Positions 12,728 through 26,487 of a DNA stretch of 64,000 bases are shown here, piece after piece; within the stretch, counting starts at the first letter, position 1; each line of letters starts with the position of its first letter. Origin of the DNA: Pseudogymnoascus verrucosus (taxonomy: Eukaryota); NCBI GenBank assembly GCA_001662655.1, contig KV460275.1; one strand, 5' to 3'. Under the pieces are notes generated by a model. That model saw only the letters and a list, made by a program, of their open reading frames with translations. It did no database searches and was not told where the DNA came from. The translations under genes were made by a program, and so were the position numbers.

Positions 12728-15118
12728 ATGAACGCCGCCGCAGCATCATTGAGGATACCAATGACCAAAGGTAACTTTGCTTGTGTCCGATGCTCCGAGC
12801 GGAAGGTCGGGTGCGATAGAAAGAATCCGTGTGGTGCCTGCGTCAGACACAATGTGCCATGTATTGTCCGTCCACCCAAGCCGCCTCGAAGGAAACAAGG
12901 ACCCTCAAAGGAAAAGCTAGTACTCGAACGGTTAAAGCGCTATGAAGCGTTGCTTCAAGAGAAAGGCATCGATCCCCACCAAGTCGCTGGTGGTTCGGAG
13001 CCCGAGACCCCTTCCGAAAGTAACAGTCTAACGGAGTCTGAGACGGTGTGGAGGTTGCCAATGCAGGCGACCATTTTTAAACCCAGGCTAGTACATAGAC
13101 AGAGTGGCACAGAGCTTGTGGACAAGTAAGCAATCCTGTCGATCATGGATAATGGTGCTAAATATCTCACAGCAACTTGTGGTCGAGGGTGGCAGAAGAG
13201 GTGCGTCATTCACTCATATGGATACTACAAGCTAGATAATGAGCTGACCCGTTAGATCCACGATGATGAAGCCACTCTGGGAGACGACTCGGAGAACGAT
13301 GGAAGTGATGGCGAAGCGTCTGATGATGACTTTTCCTTTGTTCTAGGCTCGAAGAGCCCCATTACTACACCCCCCTCGCACCCACCTGCTGAAATAATTC
13401 GTCAATTATGGCAGACTTTCATTGAAAATGTCAACCCTCTCATGAAAGTAGTGCACATACCAAGTTTACAGATTGCGATGGATAAAGCAATCAGCAATAT
13501 CGAGAATATTCCCAGAGGCTTCGAAGCGCTCATGTTCGCCATTTACCATATAGCCATTATTTCGCTAACGGATGACGAGTGCAAAGAAGTTACGGGAGAG
13601 ACTCGAGCGATACTGCTGCGCCGTTACCTGGCCGCCACAAAAGCTGCATTGTCGCGGGCAAGGTTTATGAGCACGTCCAGCATTGTTGTTTTGCAGGCAC
13701 TGGCAATTCATCTTATTTCAATCCGCGATATCTACGAACCACGTGCTGTGTGGAACCTCACTGGGGTTGCCATACGCATTGCAGAAGGTATGGGCATGCG
13801 CATTGATGGTAAATTGTTGGGCTTATCACCCTTTGAAACCGAGATTCGTCGACGTCTCTGGTGGCAGCTCAAGTTGCACGACTCCCGGGCAGCAGAACTT
13901 TGCGGCCAGGCCAAGTTTCAAGATTTTGCACTCAACAATACTTCCCCAAAGAAACCCGCCAACGTCAATGACGCCGATCTCTATCCGTCAATGGTGCAAG
14001 CTCCCGAAGAATCAATTAGGCCTACAGAGATGCTATGGTGTATGTTTAGGACTGAGCTAGCTGGTTTCGATTCTGCTCAGATAGCCCGAATGCCTAAACT
14101 AGACCAGGCTATGTTCACAAACCACGAATATGCTGCCATGGATGGTGTGAAAGTAAAGGAGAATTCTATGGAAGGGCTGATAGATGATCTTGAGACTAAG
14201 TACCTCCGATTCTGCGATCCTTCTCAGCCACTACAGCTCATGGTTCTGTTTGGCGCTCGGTGCGCAACGAACATTATCCGATTCATGACCTACCACCCGC
14301 GGAAATGGGTCAACAACCAAGACCAGGTCCCAGCATCTGAACAAAAGCTGGTCTGGGATATCGTTCTTCAGCTCCTAGAGCAGTACAACCAGATGCAGTC
14401 AAATCCACAACTTCGCCGCTTTGCTTGGAATGTCCCATACTTCATCCAATGGCACGCTGTTATCCATGTCCTTGACTCTCTCCGAGCAAAACCCCTCCAT
14501 GTAGACGCTTGGAAAGCTTGGGGGCTCGTTAATACCCTGTACGAAACAAATTTGGAAATGTGTCTTAGCACCAAGAAAGCGATGTTCGTGGCAATCGGTA
14601 GTCTCTGTCTAAAAGCATTCGATGCCCGCGAGGCCGCCATGGCGAAGGACAATAAGAGCGTCTCTAATACACCTAAATACATCATCAGGCTCCGTGAGCA
14701 ACGAGAAGAGGCCAGGGCACGGCGAGAAGCAGCAGTCTTAAGAAACAAACAGCGAGAGGCTCAGAACGGCGAAAAGCAATCAACGCCAATGGATGCTGGC
14801 ACAACATGGCAGGATGTGAATCATAGCCCAGAAAATGCCCGGGTTGAAGCACAGGCACAGCAAAATCCAACGGCAACGCAGGCAGCGAACACCGTGCAAA
14901 GTGGCGCTCGCACAGGAGATGATGCATTCTGGCTTAATGATGCTGCGAATGGCGACATCTGCGCCTGTGGATCAGCCGACCCGATGAATCTAGATTCAAA
15001 TAATATTTTGGCCCAAGACTACTGGTTTGATACTCCCAGCGGCGAGGTCATCGACTGGGCAAAGTGGGATACCTGGCTTGGCAATAATGATCCTGTACGT
15101 CCGAGTTTTGCCTCATGA
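12728..15118 (+). CDS. Zn(II)2Cys6 transcription factor with fungal-specific TF domain
   Basis: CVRCSERKVGCDRKNPCGACVRHNVPC; downstream LWQTFIENVNPLMKVVHIP and FETEIRRRLWWQL. Two short introns at about 13126-13172 and 13201-13256. Start could be 12761. Confidence 0.92.
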
Positions 15119-15897
15119 CCTAGGCGACGATTTGCTTGGATGGTAGAATGTTGGTACAAAGTCACGGTTTATCCCACTCTAGAGGCGTCTTGAGATGTCT
15201 AGACCATGGGGTGAGACTTGTCGGTGTCATATGTCCGACGTCCGGCAGTAGAAGGCCAGGCGCATTATGAGTCGGGTATGTAATAGTAGTAGCTATAGTA
15301 AGAATAGCCCATCTTCGGCACACGATAATTATCACATTCATAAGCCACGTGAACCGTTCGCAAGTTGATTACTAGTCACACTGATTTAGGGCTGCCAGAC
15401 GTTGTATAACCCCGGATTACAGCCGATAACCAGCCTCGTGCCGAAGCTGTGTAACTGCTACGGTGTGATCCAATGATATCAACTCTCACTTGTCCTTTCC
15501 TTCCCGAGTTAACGGGAGTGGAACCTTCGTTTCATGCACGCACGCTTATCTGAGGCTCCACAAGATGTGTATTCTGCACTGGGTGGGTGAGTTGTTTATT
15601 ATCCGTTCGAAGGCGGATAGGGATATAATATCAATGACATTTCTGTTGTGGTACCGTAGGGGGTGCACAACCAACCCACGTACTTGCAAAGGGTCTAGAA
15701 GCCAATAGACCGAGTTACATTCAAATTATGCATTATGAGATTGGACAGTGCGATACTAAGAACGCCCAATTTAATCGCTCTCTTACTATATATTCATAAG
15801 TTCGTTTAGATCCATATTTACATTCGGTATTTCCAAAGGTCAACCATCCAAAATTCATCAGCTAGAGACAAGTGGAAACTTCTGCCGCAAACGTAAC

Positions 15898-17121
15898 TTA
15901 TGACACTCCGGCCGCAGCAACCAGAAGATCCAACGCTGAGCTCTGAGAGTTTACATCAGCCTGGATATATGGTCCGGACCAGACTGGGCCAAGGAAGTTT
16001 CCTTGTTGATCTTTCTCCCACACCGTGTCGGCGTTCAACTGTAAGAAGGCCTTGAACTGCGCCTTGGTAGCATCCGAGAGCCCGTTGGCGCGGTTGTACA
16101 TGAACTGGACGTTGCGGGCAAGTACGCCTTTAAATTGGCCGCCATCGCCCCCGCAGGTCCCGCATGCATCAGTTAAGATGCCATCCGCGTTTGTTAGTTT
16201 CGTGATTGCTGCTGTGGCGATGTTGACTGCAAGGGTGGTGTATTTAGCATCGCCGGTCGACCAAGTGAGCTCGGTAAGGCCACCAAGAATGACACCCTGG
16301 TTGTAGGACCAGGTCGTGGCGCCGTTGTTTTTACAATCTGCAGTTAGACCATCATTGATGAGGAACTCGCTGTTGATCATGCCCGATTTGAAAAACCATT
16401 CATAAGCCTTGATCGCCTCGTTGAAGTAGTAACCTCCTGAGGGCGAGCTGGGCTTGCGGTTTGCAAGTTTGGAGGCAGCGGTGAGGTAGAGCTCATTCTC
16501 GATCGCATTGACAGCCGGGTCACCCTTTTTCCAACTAATATTTGCGTTAGACAAATATGGGACACTGGAGGAAAGGGAAATAACTCACTATAGACCGCCG
16601 CAAGCAGGTTGGCCCCAAGCCTTCTTAGCATCTTCAAAGATCGAGGATGCCATGTCAAGATACTTCTGCTCCTTCGTCACATCGAAGACTTGAATCCAAG
16701 CAAGACACCACCACAGCTCATCATCATAGTAGTCGTTGATGAATCCGGTGAAGGCACCCCACGACGGAGCATTTGCCAACGTCTTTGGGAAGACATCGGC
16801 TGTGTAGCCGCTGACCTGATCGGGGGAAAATGCTTGAAAGTCGGCAAGCATGGTAATGACATTGGCGCTGTTCCACCAGTGGTTATCCCAGAGACCATTG
16901 TCTCCATACCACTGATGTAAAGCTATAATGCCCGCAACCGCCTCATTGGCATAGGTTAACCGTGTAGCTCTCCCCTCGAGCGTCAAGCCTCTTCGCTGGT
17001 ACTTGGAAGTTCCATGAATTGGGTCTGGCTTTGGGACGGGATAACTGATCGGGTTTGGTAGGGCTATCGCAGAATTACTGACGACGAGAGCCAGGAGCGC
17101 GGTTTGGAGCAAGTTGACCAT
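15898..17121 (-). CDS. Secreted GH76 alpha-1,6-mannanase-like protein (2 exons)
   Basis: Signal MVNLLQTALLALVVSNSAIA; WWNSAN, YYDDELWW (catalytic DD), CGGL|..W, NAIENELY, LINDGL, WSYNQGVILGGL, QFKGV. Intron at about 16535-16589. Confidence 0.9.
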
Positions 17122-18894
17122 TGTGATGAGCTGTATGAACACCCCAAAAATATCTTACATTTCGAGGGGAACGCATTTGTCCCTCCCTTTATACAAGTCT
17201 ATAATACCATTGTTAGCTTTGCGATCCTTCGGTGGGATTGTGGGGCAGGAAGCTGATCCTTGCCAACAGTGTCATAATAGCGCTGTTCACCCCCTCGAAG
17301 ACAATCGACCGAAGGATCATGCGGTACAAAACACACCTGACCCATCCATGATGTGTCTTAAGAGATTGATTCCGGACTTTAAATTTGGCTCAAGTGATCC
17401 CTGAAAAGATTGGGGACGCACAGCCCAGCCAGCCGCCAATGGCACCTGCTAGGCAAGGGCCGAGGCATCTTATATGGATAGCTTACCTACTCATGTGAGG
17501 GAATTAGAGTTCTATCATGCACTCTTAAAGGCCTTGCTTCGGGGAAAGCGACTGCGCTCTTTCTCCCGTTATCCGCAAGTATGTATCGATGGAGGTCTAT
17601 GGATCGTAATTGTGTTTTAATGGCCTTTGTTGCGCTTTTCCGTTCAACACAACAAATACCTGATGTGGATTCCTATACCGCACTATATGTGATCCTACAG
17701 AGGCTTGTAAATCAGCGCTAGCATGTTTCGGCCACAGCCGCAGTGGAAAATGCCTATTTCTGGTATTGGGCTCACTTTGCACCAGCCGAGCCAATTATAA
17801 CTCTCGAGATCGCCACATTTTACTCTATATTTGGTATCCTTGCATACACTGTTTCAAATTGCAGTTTGCCGCTGCAACATGCGGTGGAATATTAAAATGT
17901 TTAATTCAGTTCTTATTGCAACCAAGCTACTTCATAAACTATATGCCATTGTATGTCCTGGGAATGAGCGCGGGATTGCGATGGCGAGTCCACGGGATTT
18001 GAGACCAGCAGCGATAAAACTGAGAGCGCTCGCACATAAGCGCTAGCCAAGCGCGTAGGATCATGTGCAATGGACGAAGACCGTAATGAAGCCGAAGATG
18101 CAAATAAGCGTCAACAAGGGTAGAGGTTATATATTTGGGGCCCATATATTTGAGGGAACGTTGTATTTGACAGCGGTGGGCTGCAGTTTAACCTTCGAAA
18201 CTCCACGCCCACCCCACTCATGTCCTAGCTCAAAATCAACTATTCTGATGGCTACACGGGGGTCAAAGCTGCACCGCGACTGGAACTTCTTTATTTGGCT
18301 CCCTGTCAGGTTTGACAATAGCGTTTATATGATAAAGACTCTCCCTACGAAGGTTGACGAGATAAAATCATTTCGGCACGAAGTGATGTTAGGACACTTG
18401 CAAAGAATTTTAGGCTCATACCAAATAATCTGTAAATATTCATGTAGTAATAATTTCATTATCCTAGGCATTGAAACCTTAATGTGGCTTCGAGTGAAGC
18501 AAGAATAACTTCCATATATCATATCACGTGACATTGATATATCAAACCGTGATGCATGTACACTTGATTACGCCGTGCATAATGCCATCCACCATCATTC
18601 CCATCTACTATGAATTCATAAAGATGGTATTCTAGAGCACAAAGCGCCACATGAGAAGGCCTACCTGACAGTAAAACCCAAGGGTCGAAACTAAACTACC
18701 GCCACGCTAAAAGTGGTCGCGTGCGCGGGCCGAGACACGGGGAGAAGAGGGGTACAAAAGGGTCTGCTCCAATTTTTTTTTGGCCCATTTGATTTTGCTT
18801 ACAGTGCTCTATTAGTCGACGCCATAGGGTTTTTGCATATAGATTATATTTATCCATCGTCGGGTCTTCATCGTTTTTATATTTTACACTTAAT

Positions 18895-20164
18895 ATGTCT
18901 CTTCGGGCCAGCGAGGATGCACCACACGGCGGGCATGAGACTGACCCGGCCCCGGCTCCACATGCAACATGGAAATCGACGTGGAATAATAACAAGGGAC
19001 TGATCTTTATCATTCTTGCTCAAGCTATTGCATCATCTATGGATGCGATAGTTCGCTTCCTTCAGCAGGGCGAGCATAAGATGCACCCTTTCCAGGTGCG
19101 TAGCTTGCCACTCAGCGGTGAACTGCCGTAGTCGCTGATTGGATAACTAGATCATCTTCGCGCGAATGGGCATGACGTTCGTTCTAAGCTCGCTGTACAT
19201 GTGGTGGACGAAGGTGCCAGATTTCCCACTTGGGAGGGCTGATGTCCGAGGCTGGCTTGTCGTCCGCGCGCTGTTTGGTTTTTTTGGATTGTTCTGTTTG
19301 TACTGTGAGGCCCACTTACCACAGGACTTACCCCGGATTCGGGCCATTTGAGGGTTGCGATACTGACAACATATAGATTCCGTGCACTATCTGCCCCTCG
19401 CTGAAGCAACCGTCTTCCGCTTCCTCGTTCCCATCGTCACTGCATGGGCCTGCTCCATCTTCCTCGGCGAGATCTTCAGTAGCCGCGACCTTCTTGCTGG
19501 CGTAGTGGCTCTGGTCGGGGTCATCTTCATCGCCCACCCCTCCAGCCTCTTTGGGCCCGCCGCCAATGATAACATTCCCCGCCCCAGCGACATCGATCAC
19601 GTCTCCCCCGCTCAGCGCCTCCTCGCCATCACCGCCTCCCTTCTTGGTGTTCTCGGCGCCTCAGGGGCTTACACCATGATCCGCGTCATCGGCACTCGCG
19701 CCCATGCCCTGATATCCGTCAATTACTTTGCCGTCCTCGGCACGTTTGGTTCTGCCGCCGCTCTCCTTGCCGTGCCAGGGATGTCCTTTACGATGCCACG
19801 CGGGACTCGCGAATGGGTCCTCATGGTGCTGCTGGGTGTGCTTGGCTTCGCCCTACAGTTCTTGTTGACCGCGGGGCTGCAGCTCGATCGCAGCAGTAAG
19901 GCGACGAGTATGTTGTATACGCAAGTGCTGTTTGCGTTATCTTTCGACTTTGCGATCTGGGGCGTCTTGCCGGGCGGGTGGAGCTTGTTCGGTGGGGCGA
20001 TCGTGATTGCGAGTACTCTGTGGTCCGCACTGTCGAAGCCGACTAAGCATGCGGCAACACCGGCGAAAACAGTGGTGGTCGATGAGGAGAGCGCACTCCT
20101 TGGGGCCCAGCGAGGAGAAGATGCAGATCAGACACCACAGAGGAAAGCAAGTGTCAGTGCCTGA
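18895..20164 (+). CDS. EamA/DMT superfamily membrane transporter (3 exons)
   Basis: Many hydrophobic segments; MHPFQ|IIFARM, LVVRALFGFFGLFCLY, YLPLAEATVFRFLVP, QFLLTAGLQ, ATSMLYTQVLFA. Confidence 0.88.
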
Positions 20165-21196
20165 GAACGGACTTGATGCGAAAGATATTTGAAAGACTGT
20201 GTAGAGTGGAATCTCGGAGTATCAGGGAGCTTGGGCTATTGTTGTCTCGGCGCGTTCCGTGTTTTGATTTTGATTCGTTATGATACCATGGAGAGCATCA
20301 CGTGATAAAGGCATATGGCCCACGCCTCATGAGCATGGAGGAGAGAGGGTTTTAAGTTTACAGATTAGAGATGAGTATTAAATAGAGGATTTAATGTGTT
20401 TATCATAGCAACACTGTCGACCAGCTTAGTCTTATCAATAAACGTAATCACGTGTTTATATTCTCAAGTCAGCTTGTCACGTTGTCAGCTTGGACCGTTG
20501 CGATAAGGATATTTTGTGATGTGGGACAGGACAGGGGTCGGGAGATCGGCACGGTTGGCAGGGACATTGACAGGTGCTGCCAATCCGAGGGAATCGCTGA
20601 AAAGGTCGACAGTCAACAACACGGAGCAGATAGTCATACAATACAGTGGGTGGTGAGCGGTTCCCATACATGCGATTCTTCATTATGTATGGCTATAGTC
20701 AGCGACAAGCACGAGCTATGCAGCGCGACCGTGGGATAGGAAGAGGCGTGACTTGACGGTTCAGACGGTTTAGTTTAGACAGGGCGTGAGTTAGACAGCA
20801 CAGTACGACGGTCTCACCCTCTCACCACCTCTCTCTCAGCTCTCAGTTGGTGGAGGACGTGAGTGAGTGAGTACGTAAGCGTAAGTACATGAGACTTGAG
20901 CATGGTCTGTCTGCAGCGGTACCTTGCATGTGCCAAGACGCGGAGAGAGCTCCTCTTAGAAGTTCTCGAGTCAAGGTATAGGAGGACGTGGTTGGTTGGG
21001 GATTGGTTGGGGGTTGATTGGGCTCATCTCGGGTGTTTATAGTAGAGTATAGTTGTTGTCAGACTTATATGACTTGTTGAGTCTGCGTATTATTGTATAC
21101 GAATGCTTTCGTAGTCAATTGGATATTCCATAGAACATATTCAATAGGACAACACGTGCAACACCACTACAGCTGAGCTATGTATGCTGGGCATAT

Positions 21197-21260
21197 TACT
21201 ATAGTAACAAATACTATAGTAACAAATACTATAGTAACAAATACTATGGTAACAAATACT
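21197..21260. repeat. 15-bp tandem repeat (TACTATAGTAACAAA) x4
   Basis: Read directly; one variant unit with TATGG. Confidence 0.85.
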
Positions 21261-22130
21261 ACCAAACCCAGACAATCAGACACAATTGAGACAACGTCAC
21301 AGATAACACAGACAGAACAGGACAGCGCACACAACACACACGCCAAACCCTATCAGCCACTAGTGTTCCCTAGAGTTGCCTAGTTTATTCGCTAGTGCCA
21401 TGTCCAGAGTAACTTGCCCCTCGGTTGTCACAGAGATACGAGCACTAGTCTCAACTAGTCTCATCTAGTCTGCATACTAGCCCAAGTCGACTAGCGTAGT
21501 GTCTCTGAATCTCCGTCCCCCTCTCCTCCCAGCCAATCACCGCCCCGCAATATCCGGAGCGTCCCTGAATTACTTGGAAAGTGCATTTAGGGAGCACTAG
21601 TTGAGCATTAATGATTGGTCAACCTGGCCTTACCTTCCCTGTTGCGCGTGGAACCAGACTTTCTCGCTGTGTCTTGCTGTGTGTTGCTGTCCGTCGCCGA
21701 CATTTCCGTTTCTCCCCCTCCGTTCGTTCCTTCCCCATCAACACAACACCATGCAGTACATGGCAGCACTCTATTTTACTGATTATCCACCGTGCCTTCC
21801 CTGTTAAAACCTGCCACTGCGTCACTCCCTCACCCACCCGCCTCCCATTTCCTACTAGCGTCTTTCCCGCCCGAACAGCTTCCTTTCTTCCTCTTTCGCT
21901 CTTTCTTCCCTTCCTTCCTCTCCTCTCCTCTCTTCTTCCCTTCTTCTCTCTTCTCGCTTCCTCTCTCTCTCTCACCATCTTCCACATCACATCACTTCAC
22001 ATTGTAGTCCCTTGATCATCTTAATTGAAACCAAGCGTATCAATCTGAGAGTATCAATTCTGCTTTCGAGCCAATCTCAATTCAGCTCTACACAATCCCA
22101 TCATCCTGCACAACCCTCCCCCGCGCAAAC

Positions 22131-22925
22131 ATGCTCACCACCTCAATCTTCGCTGTCGCCCTCGCGGCTGGCTCCGCCATCGCCCAGACCACCACCACAG
22201 GCTCCACGGGCACCACCGCCCTCAACTTCACCTACATTGACATCGCTAACGTCGATCCCCAGGAGGCTGGTGAGTTTCCGTGATCCACGCCCGCATCCCC
22301 TCCAATTGATTGACTGACGCTCTCCCGCAGCTTCCTGGTGCATTGGTGAGCGCACGGGCTGCCAGACCCTTTGCGATGGCAACGCCCCAACGAACGACTG
22401 TGATGCCGTACGTCCCTGCCACTCCCCATGTGGCTCCCTCCCCGACGCCCATGACATCCAGCTAACCCGCCACAGCAAAAATTGACCTACAAGTGTCTCT
22501 GCGAGGACGGCTCCACCCCCGATCTCGCCAAGTACAAGAACACCCTGCCCGACTTCGTCTGCCAGGCCAACTTTGCCGGCTGCATCAAGGCCCACCCCAA
22601 CGACGCCGTCGGACAGGGCAACTGCAAGACGGAGATCCAGGACACCTGCGGCACCCTCAACATCACCGACTACAAGTCGGGCTCCGGTTCCGGCAGCAGC
22701 AGCGGTTCCAGCAGCGCGTCCGAGACGAGCTCCCCCTCCTCCACCGGTGGCTCCAGCGGTGCCGGTGGCGCCAGCGAGACCACGGGTGGGTCGACCCCAT
22801 CCAGCACCTCGGGCTCTGGCGCAGCTGCGTCCACCAGCAAGGCTGCCGCTGTGGCAAATGGTATGGACATCAGCGCCGGTGTCCTCGCCGCTGGTCTCTT
22901 CGGTGTCTTCGGCTACATCTTGTAA
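22131..22925 (+). CDS. Small secreted Cys-containing, Ser/Gly-rich, probably GPI-anchored cell-surface protein (3 exons)
   Basis: Signal MLTTSIFAVALAAGSAIAQ; WC...CQTLC..NDC..LTYKCLC..LPDFVC...CI...C...CG; Ser/Gly linker; hydrophobic C-terminus GVLAAGLFGVFGYIL. Introns at about 22270-22330 and 22408-22476. Confidence 0.82.
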
Positions 22926-24508
22926 GCGTTGACGCGCACACATCTCTGCTCGAGCGAGCAATGCTACTCTTCTACGAAACATCCGATCCCCTGCGCACCC
23001 GCCCTTATGTCCTGGCTCATGATCCCTGAGCGATGCCGTACTGTTTGCATTGCGATAGCATGGTGTTCTGGTGCGCTTCTTCTTTGATCGTTGGACTGTT
23101 TTTCTGCTGGTTCGGGGCTTTATTTTTACGAGGTACTTTGCGTGCTGCGCGTGGCACGATCTAATTATGTGGGGAGAGTCTTGATGGCTGGATGGATATG
23201 GCTTGACGACCGTATGTGGAGGGGAGTGGGCTGTGCATTTCTGCGCGGTGAGTGCGAGTGTACTGATTGCGTGGCGTGCCGGTTTTATATCTGCGGTTGA
23301 GCGAATGGACGGGGGTGATGTTATTGCTTTGACTGTTATGAGGGAGAAAAGGATGGAGAGTGTATACAGTTAGTACTCGCTGGTGGTAGACGACGAATTC
23401 TTCACTGGCTTAATTATGATATATTGTCTTTGGCTCGTGATATAGGATCGTGATGTAGCCATCTCGACGACAGCCCCGCCGACGATCTCTCTGGAGATGA
23501 GCCTAATCTACGGCACGACGGATCTGATGCCACCTTTCCGCAGGATCCCCTGCCATCCACATCCCTATTCTGTCGTTCCTCTTCTCCTTCAGGTGTATGT
23601 GATCCTCGATATATATTGCCGTACGTATTGCCGAAGACGCCTTGCCTCCCTGGATACGTGATGCCTATCGCGGCGAACAGCTGCATTCCCTGATCTCTGT
23701 GGATGCTGGCATAACTCACGACTCCATGGATCCACCGACATCAGTCTCATTCTTCAGCCCCAAGGGCCCGATGCTACCCTTTCCGTGGAAACTCTTGGGG
23801 TCGTGATTTCTCTTCGGAGTGTCTCTTTCCTTGAGATAGAAGTCATTCTCGGTATGTATTGCCGTAAAAAATGCCGAGCGAACGCTTGTCTCTTTAGATG
23901 CCGGGTAAACATATGCATATATCTGCCACCAGATCTGCCAAGCGAAAACACCCTGTTCGGGATTAGCGCCTACCCCAGGTTATCTACATGAGAACGCGTC
24001 GGCTGTTTCGCCGAAAGCCCTGTCGAATCAGCCCGCGGCCATACTGCGGGTTGTATGATATACAGAGTATGTCGATGCAGATCTACCGGCATTGCTAAGG
24101 GTCTGGGATTGAGCATCGAGTGGGGTGTGGAGTGAAGCAGCGGCACCATATTGCCTCTTGTGACGAAAAAAAATCACGAGAGGCAAAATGGTGCTGCTGA
24201 CATGGCTGATCGCTCCACTCCACCTGGCATGTCAACTTCCCCATACATATCCCGACACGCACTCTCCTGTGCAACCGTTCAGGAACTTGCGGTTCCCAAT
24301 CCGCTATATTGGGATCTGCCTCGTCATGCGCCGGTAGAATAGAGTGCGGGGGCACATGAAGGGAAGCGTCTTTTTTTCTATCTAGAATCTCGGGCCTTCT
24401 CTGTCTGTCTCGGGGGCACGTCATAATATAAGTTGCCGCCATCCCCATTCTTGTCGTCTTAATTCTTCATTCCCCTCTCCTCATCACCGGGCACAACAGC
24501 AACAGACA

Positions 24509-25827
24509 ATGCGTTCCAACTCCCTCCTACCCCTCGGGCTCGCCCCCGCCAACGCCCTCGGCGCCATCCTGTACGCCACCCACTACAGCGGCACGCTCTC
24601 GGTGCTTTCCCTGTCTGGCAGCTCTCTGACCGTCGTATCGAGCGAGAAGAACTGCGGCCCTTCCCCTAGCTGGGTCACTTTCGATTCGGTGAACCAGGTC
24701 CTCTACTGCGTCAACGAGCTGAACTCAGGCGGCTCGGTCAACGCCTTCAACGCAGATGCGGAAGGCGCACTGACGGCCATCGCAAGCGCGAAGCTTCTCG
24801 GGAACCCGGTGCATAGCGCCCTCTATGGAGGCGAGGATGGGATTTCCTTCCAGGCATTTGCGCATTAGTATGTCCCCGTGAATATCCCACGTCAACCAAA
24901 TACTGACCCTTTTCACCTAGCTCAGGCTCCCTAATCTCAACCATTGCCCTCCCCATTACCAACGACTCCAAAACCCTCCAAACATTCTCCTACACCATGG
25001 ACGGTCCCGGCCCCGACCCCAGCCGCCAAGAAGCTCCGCACCCGCACATGGCGGCGGTTGACCCCACTGGCGGATTCATCATCGTTCCTGACCTGGGGGC
25101 GGATATCCTGCGCGTCTACTCCGTTGATAAGCCCACCGGCTTCCTCACGTCTTGCGCCAACGTCACCGCGGCCCCTGGTAGCGGGCCGAGACATGCTGCG
25201 TTCTGGGAAGGCGCAGGCGGGACCATGATGTACCTGGCAAATGAACTGGGCAATGACGTGACCGTATACTCGGTCGCGTACCCGACGAAAGAGGGGCAGT
25301 GTCTGAGTCTATTTTCGATCCAGACGGATACGCCTTATCCGGCTGATCAGGCTGTGAAGAACGGCCAGAAGATTGGGGAAGTTCGCGTGTCGGTGAGTTG
25401 AGCTCCTGTCTGGCGTGGCTTTCACATTACATTTCTGTGTTTTCAATGCAGGTCGCATCTATGGCGACAGTTTATCAATGCATCCACTAGCTAACCTACA
25501 CAACAGGGCAACTACGTTACTGTCTCCAACCGCGCCGATCAATCCTTTGGTACCAACAACGACTCCATCGCTGTCTTCCCCATCGACGCCTCTGGCGCGA
25601 TCTCCACACCGGTCATGTCCCCGACCTACGGCTCTTATCCGCGCACCATGCAGATTAACGCAGCGGGTGACCTCGTCGCGATCGGGAACCAGAACTCCGG
25701 CACGGTGGTCGTGGTGAGCAGGAATCCCGCGACGGGCGCGTTAGGCAATGAAGTTGCGAGCGTGAGTGTCGGACCGCAGGGTTTTAATGGAAATGGCGGG
25801 TTGAGTAGCGTAGTATGGGCAGAGTAG
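24509..25827 (+). CDS. Secreted lactonase, 7-bladed beta-propeller (6-phosphogluconolactonase / carboxymuconate cyclase family), 3 exons
   Basis: PSWVTFD, RQEAPHPH, DPTGGFIIVPDLGADILRVY, GSGPRH, YLANELGN, VSNR, YPRTMQIN..GDLVAIGNQNSG. Confidence 0.88.
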
Positions 25828-26159
25828 GATACAACGTATAATACATACATATAGCTATATATTTACTACATATTCCTCTACTCCTAACAGCACATACGTT
25901 AGTATTTGTAAGGCGTTTTAGTATATTAGGTCTAGGAACCTGAGAAACCTACCGCGACAGTGGGCACTGACGTCCCAGCGGCAGGGGGGGAGGGGGATCC
26001 GTTGCAGGTCTAATTCTTTATTGAGAACCGCATTTATATCCATTGATTTTGTGATTAAGTAGACTATAGCCAACGAAGCCGAAAGGGTATTAAATCGGCG
26101 ACCTATTAGAGGGTGCGTAAAGCAGCCCCTGTGCCCTGCCAAATTCGGCAGCTCCAACC

Positions 26160-26460
26160 GTAGGAAGTGGCTTTATTCTATAAAGGCAGCTAAATTGTCT
26201 AGTATAATTAGCTGGCCCCTTTATAGAAGAGAATAACTTGATTTTGATTGCAATTAGGGATAGACTAGTATAGGAATTTTTTACACTTATATTAGCTAAG
26301 AGATTTACATCATTTAATAGACGAGTCCCTTCTATTAAATGAATTACATAGAACTACAATGTAAGATACAATGTATAGCTATAGTAAAAGCTTTATTAAA
26401 GAGTAGCAGTAAATAGATGTAAGTTACTTAAGTCAGCACACTTTGCTTCCTCGAACCTAA
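26160..26460. repeat. Short AT/TpA-rich patch, possible RIP-degraded repeat remnant at the left edge of the GAG cluster
   Basis: Dense TA/TAG/CTA with few CA/TG, resembling the 48.6-64 kb region. No family recognisable. Confidence 0.4.
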
Positions 26461-26487
26461 AGCGAAGCGAAAAGTTAGTCCTGACGA

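Noticed and set aside
8692..25827. Secondary metabolite cluster from monooxygenase, TF, transporter and lactonase
   Set aside because: No PKS, NRPS, terpene or other backbone gene in the window, and the genes are interspersed with unrelated CAZymes.
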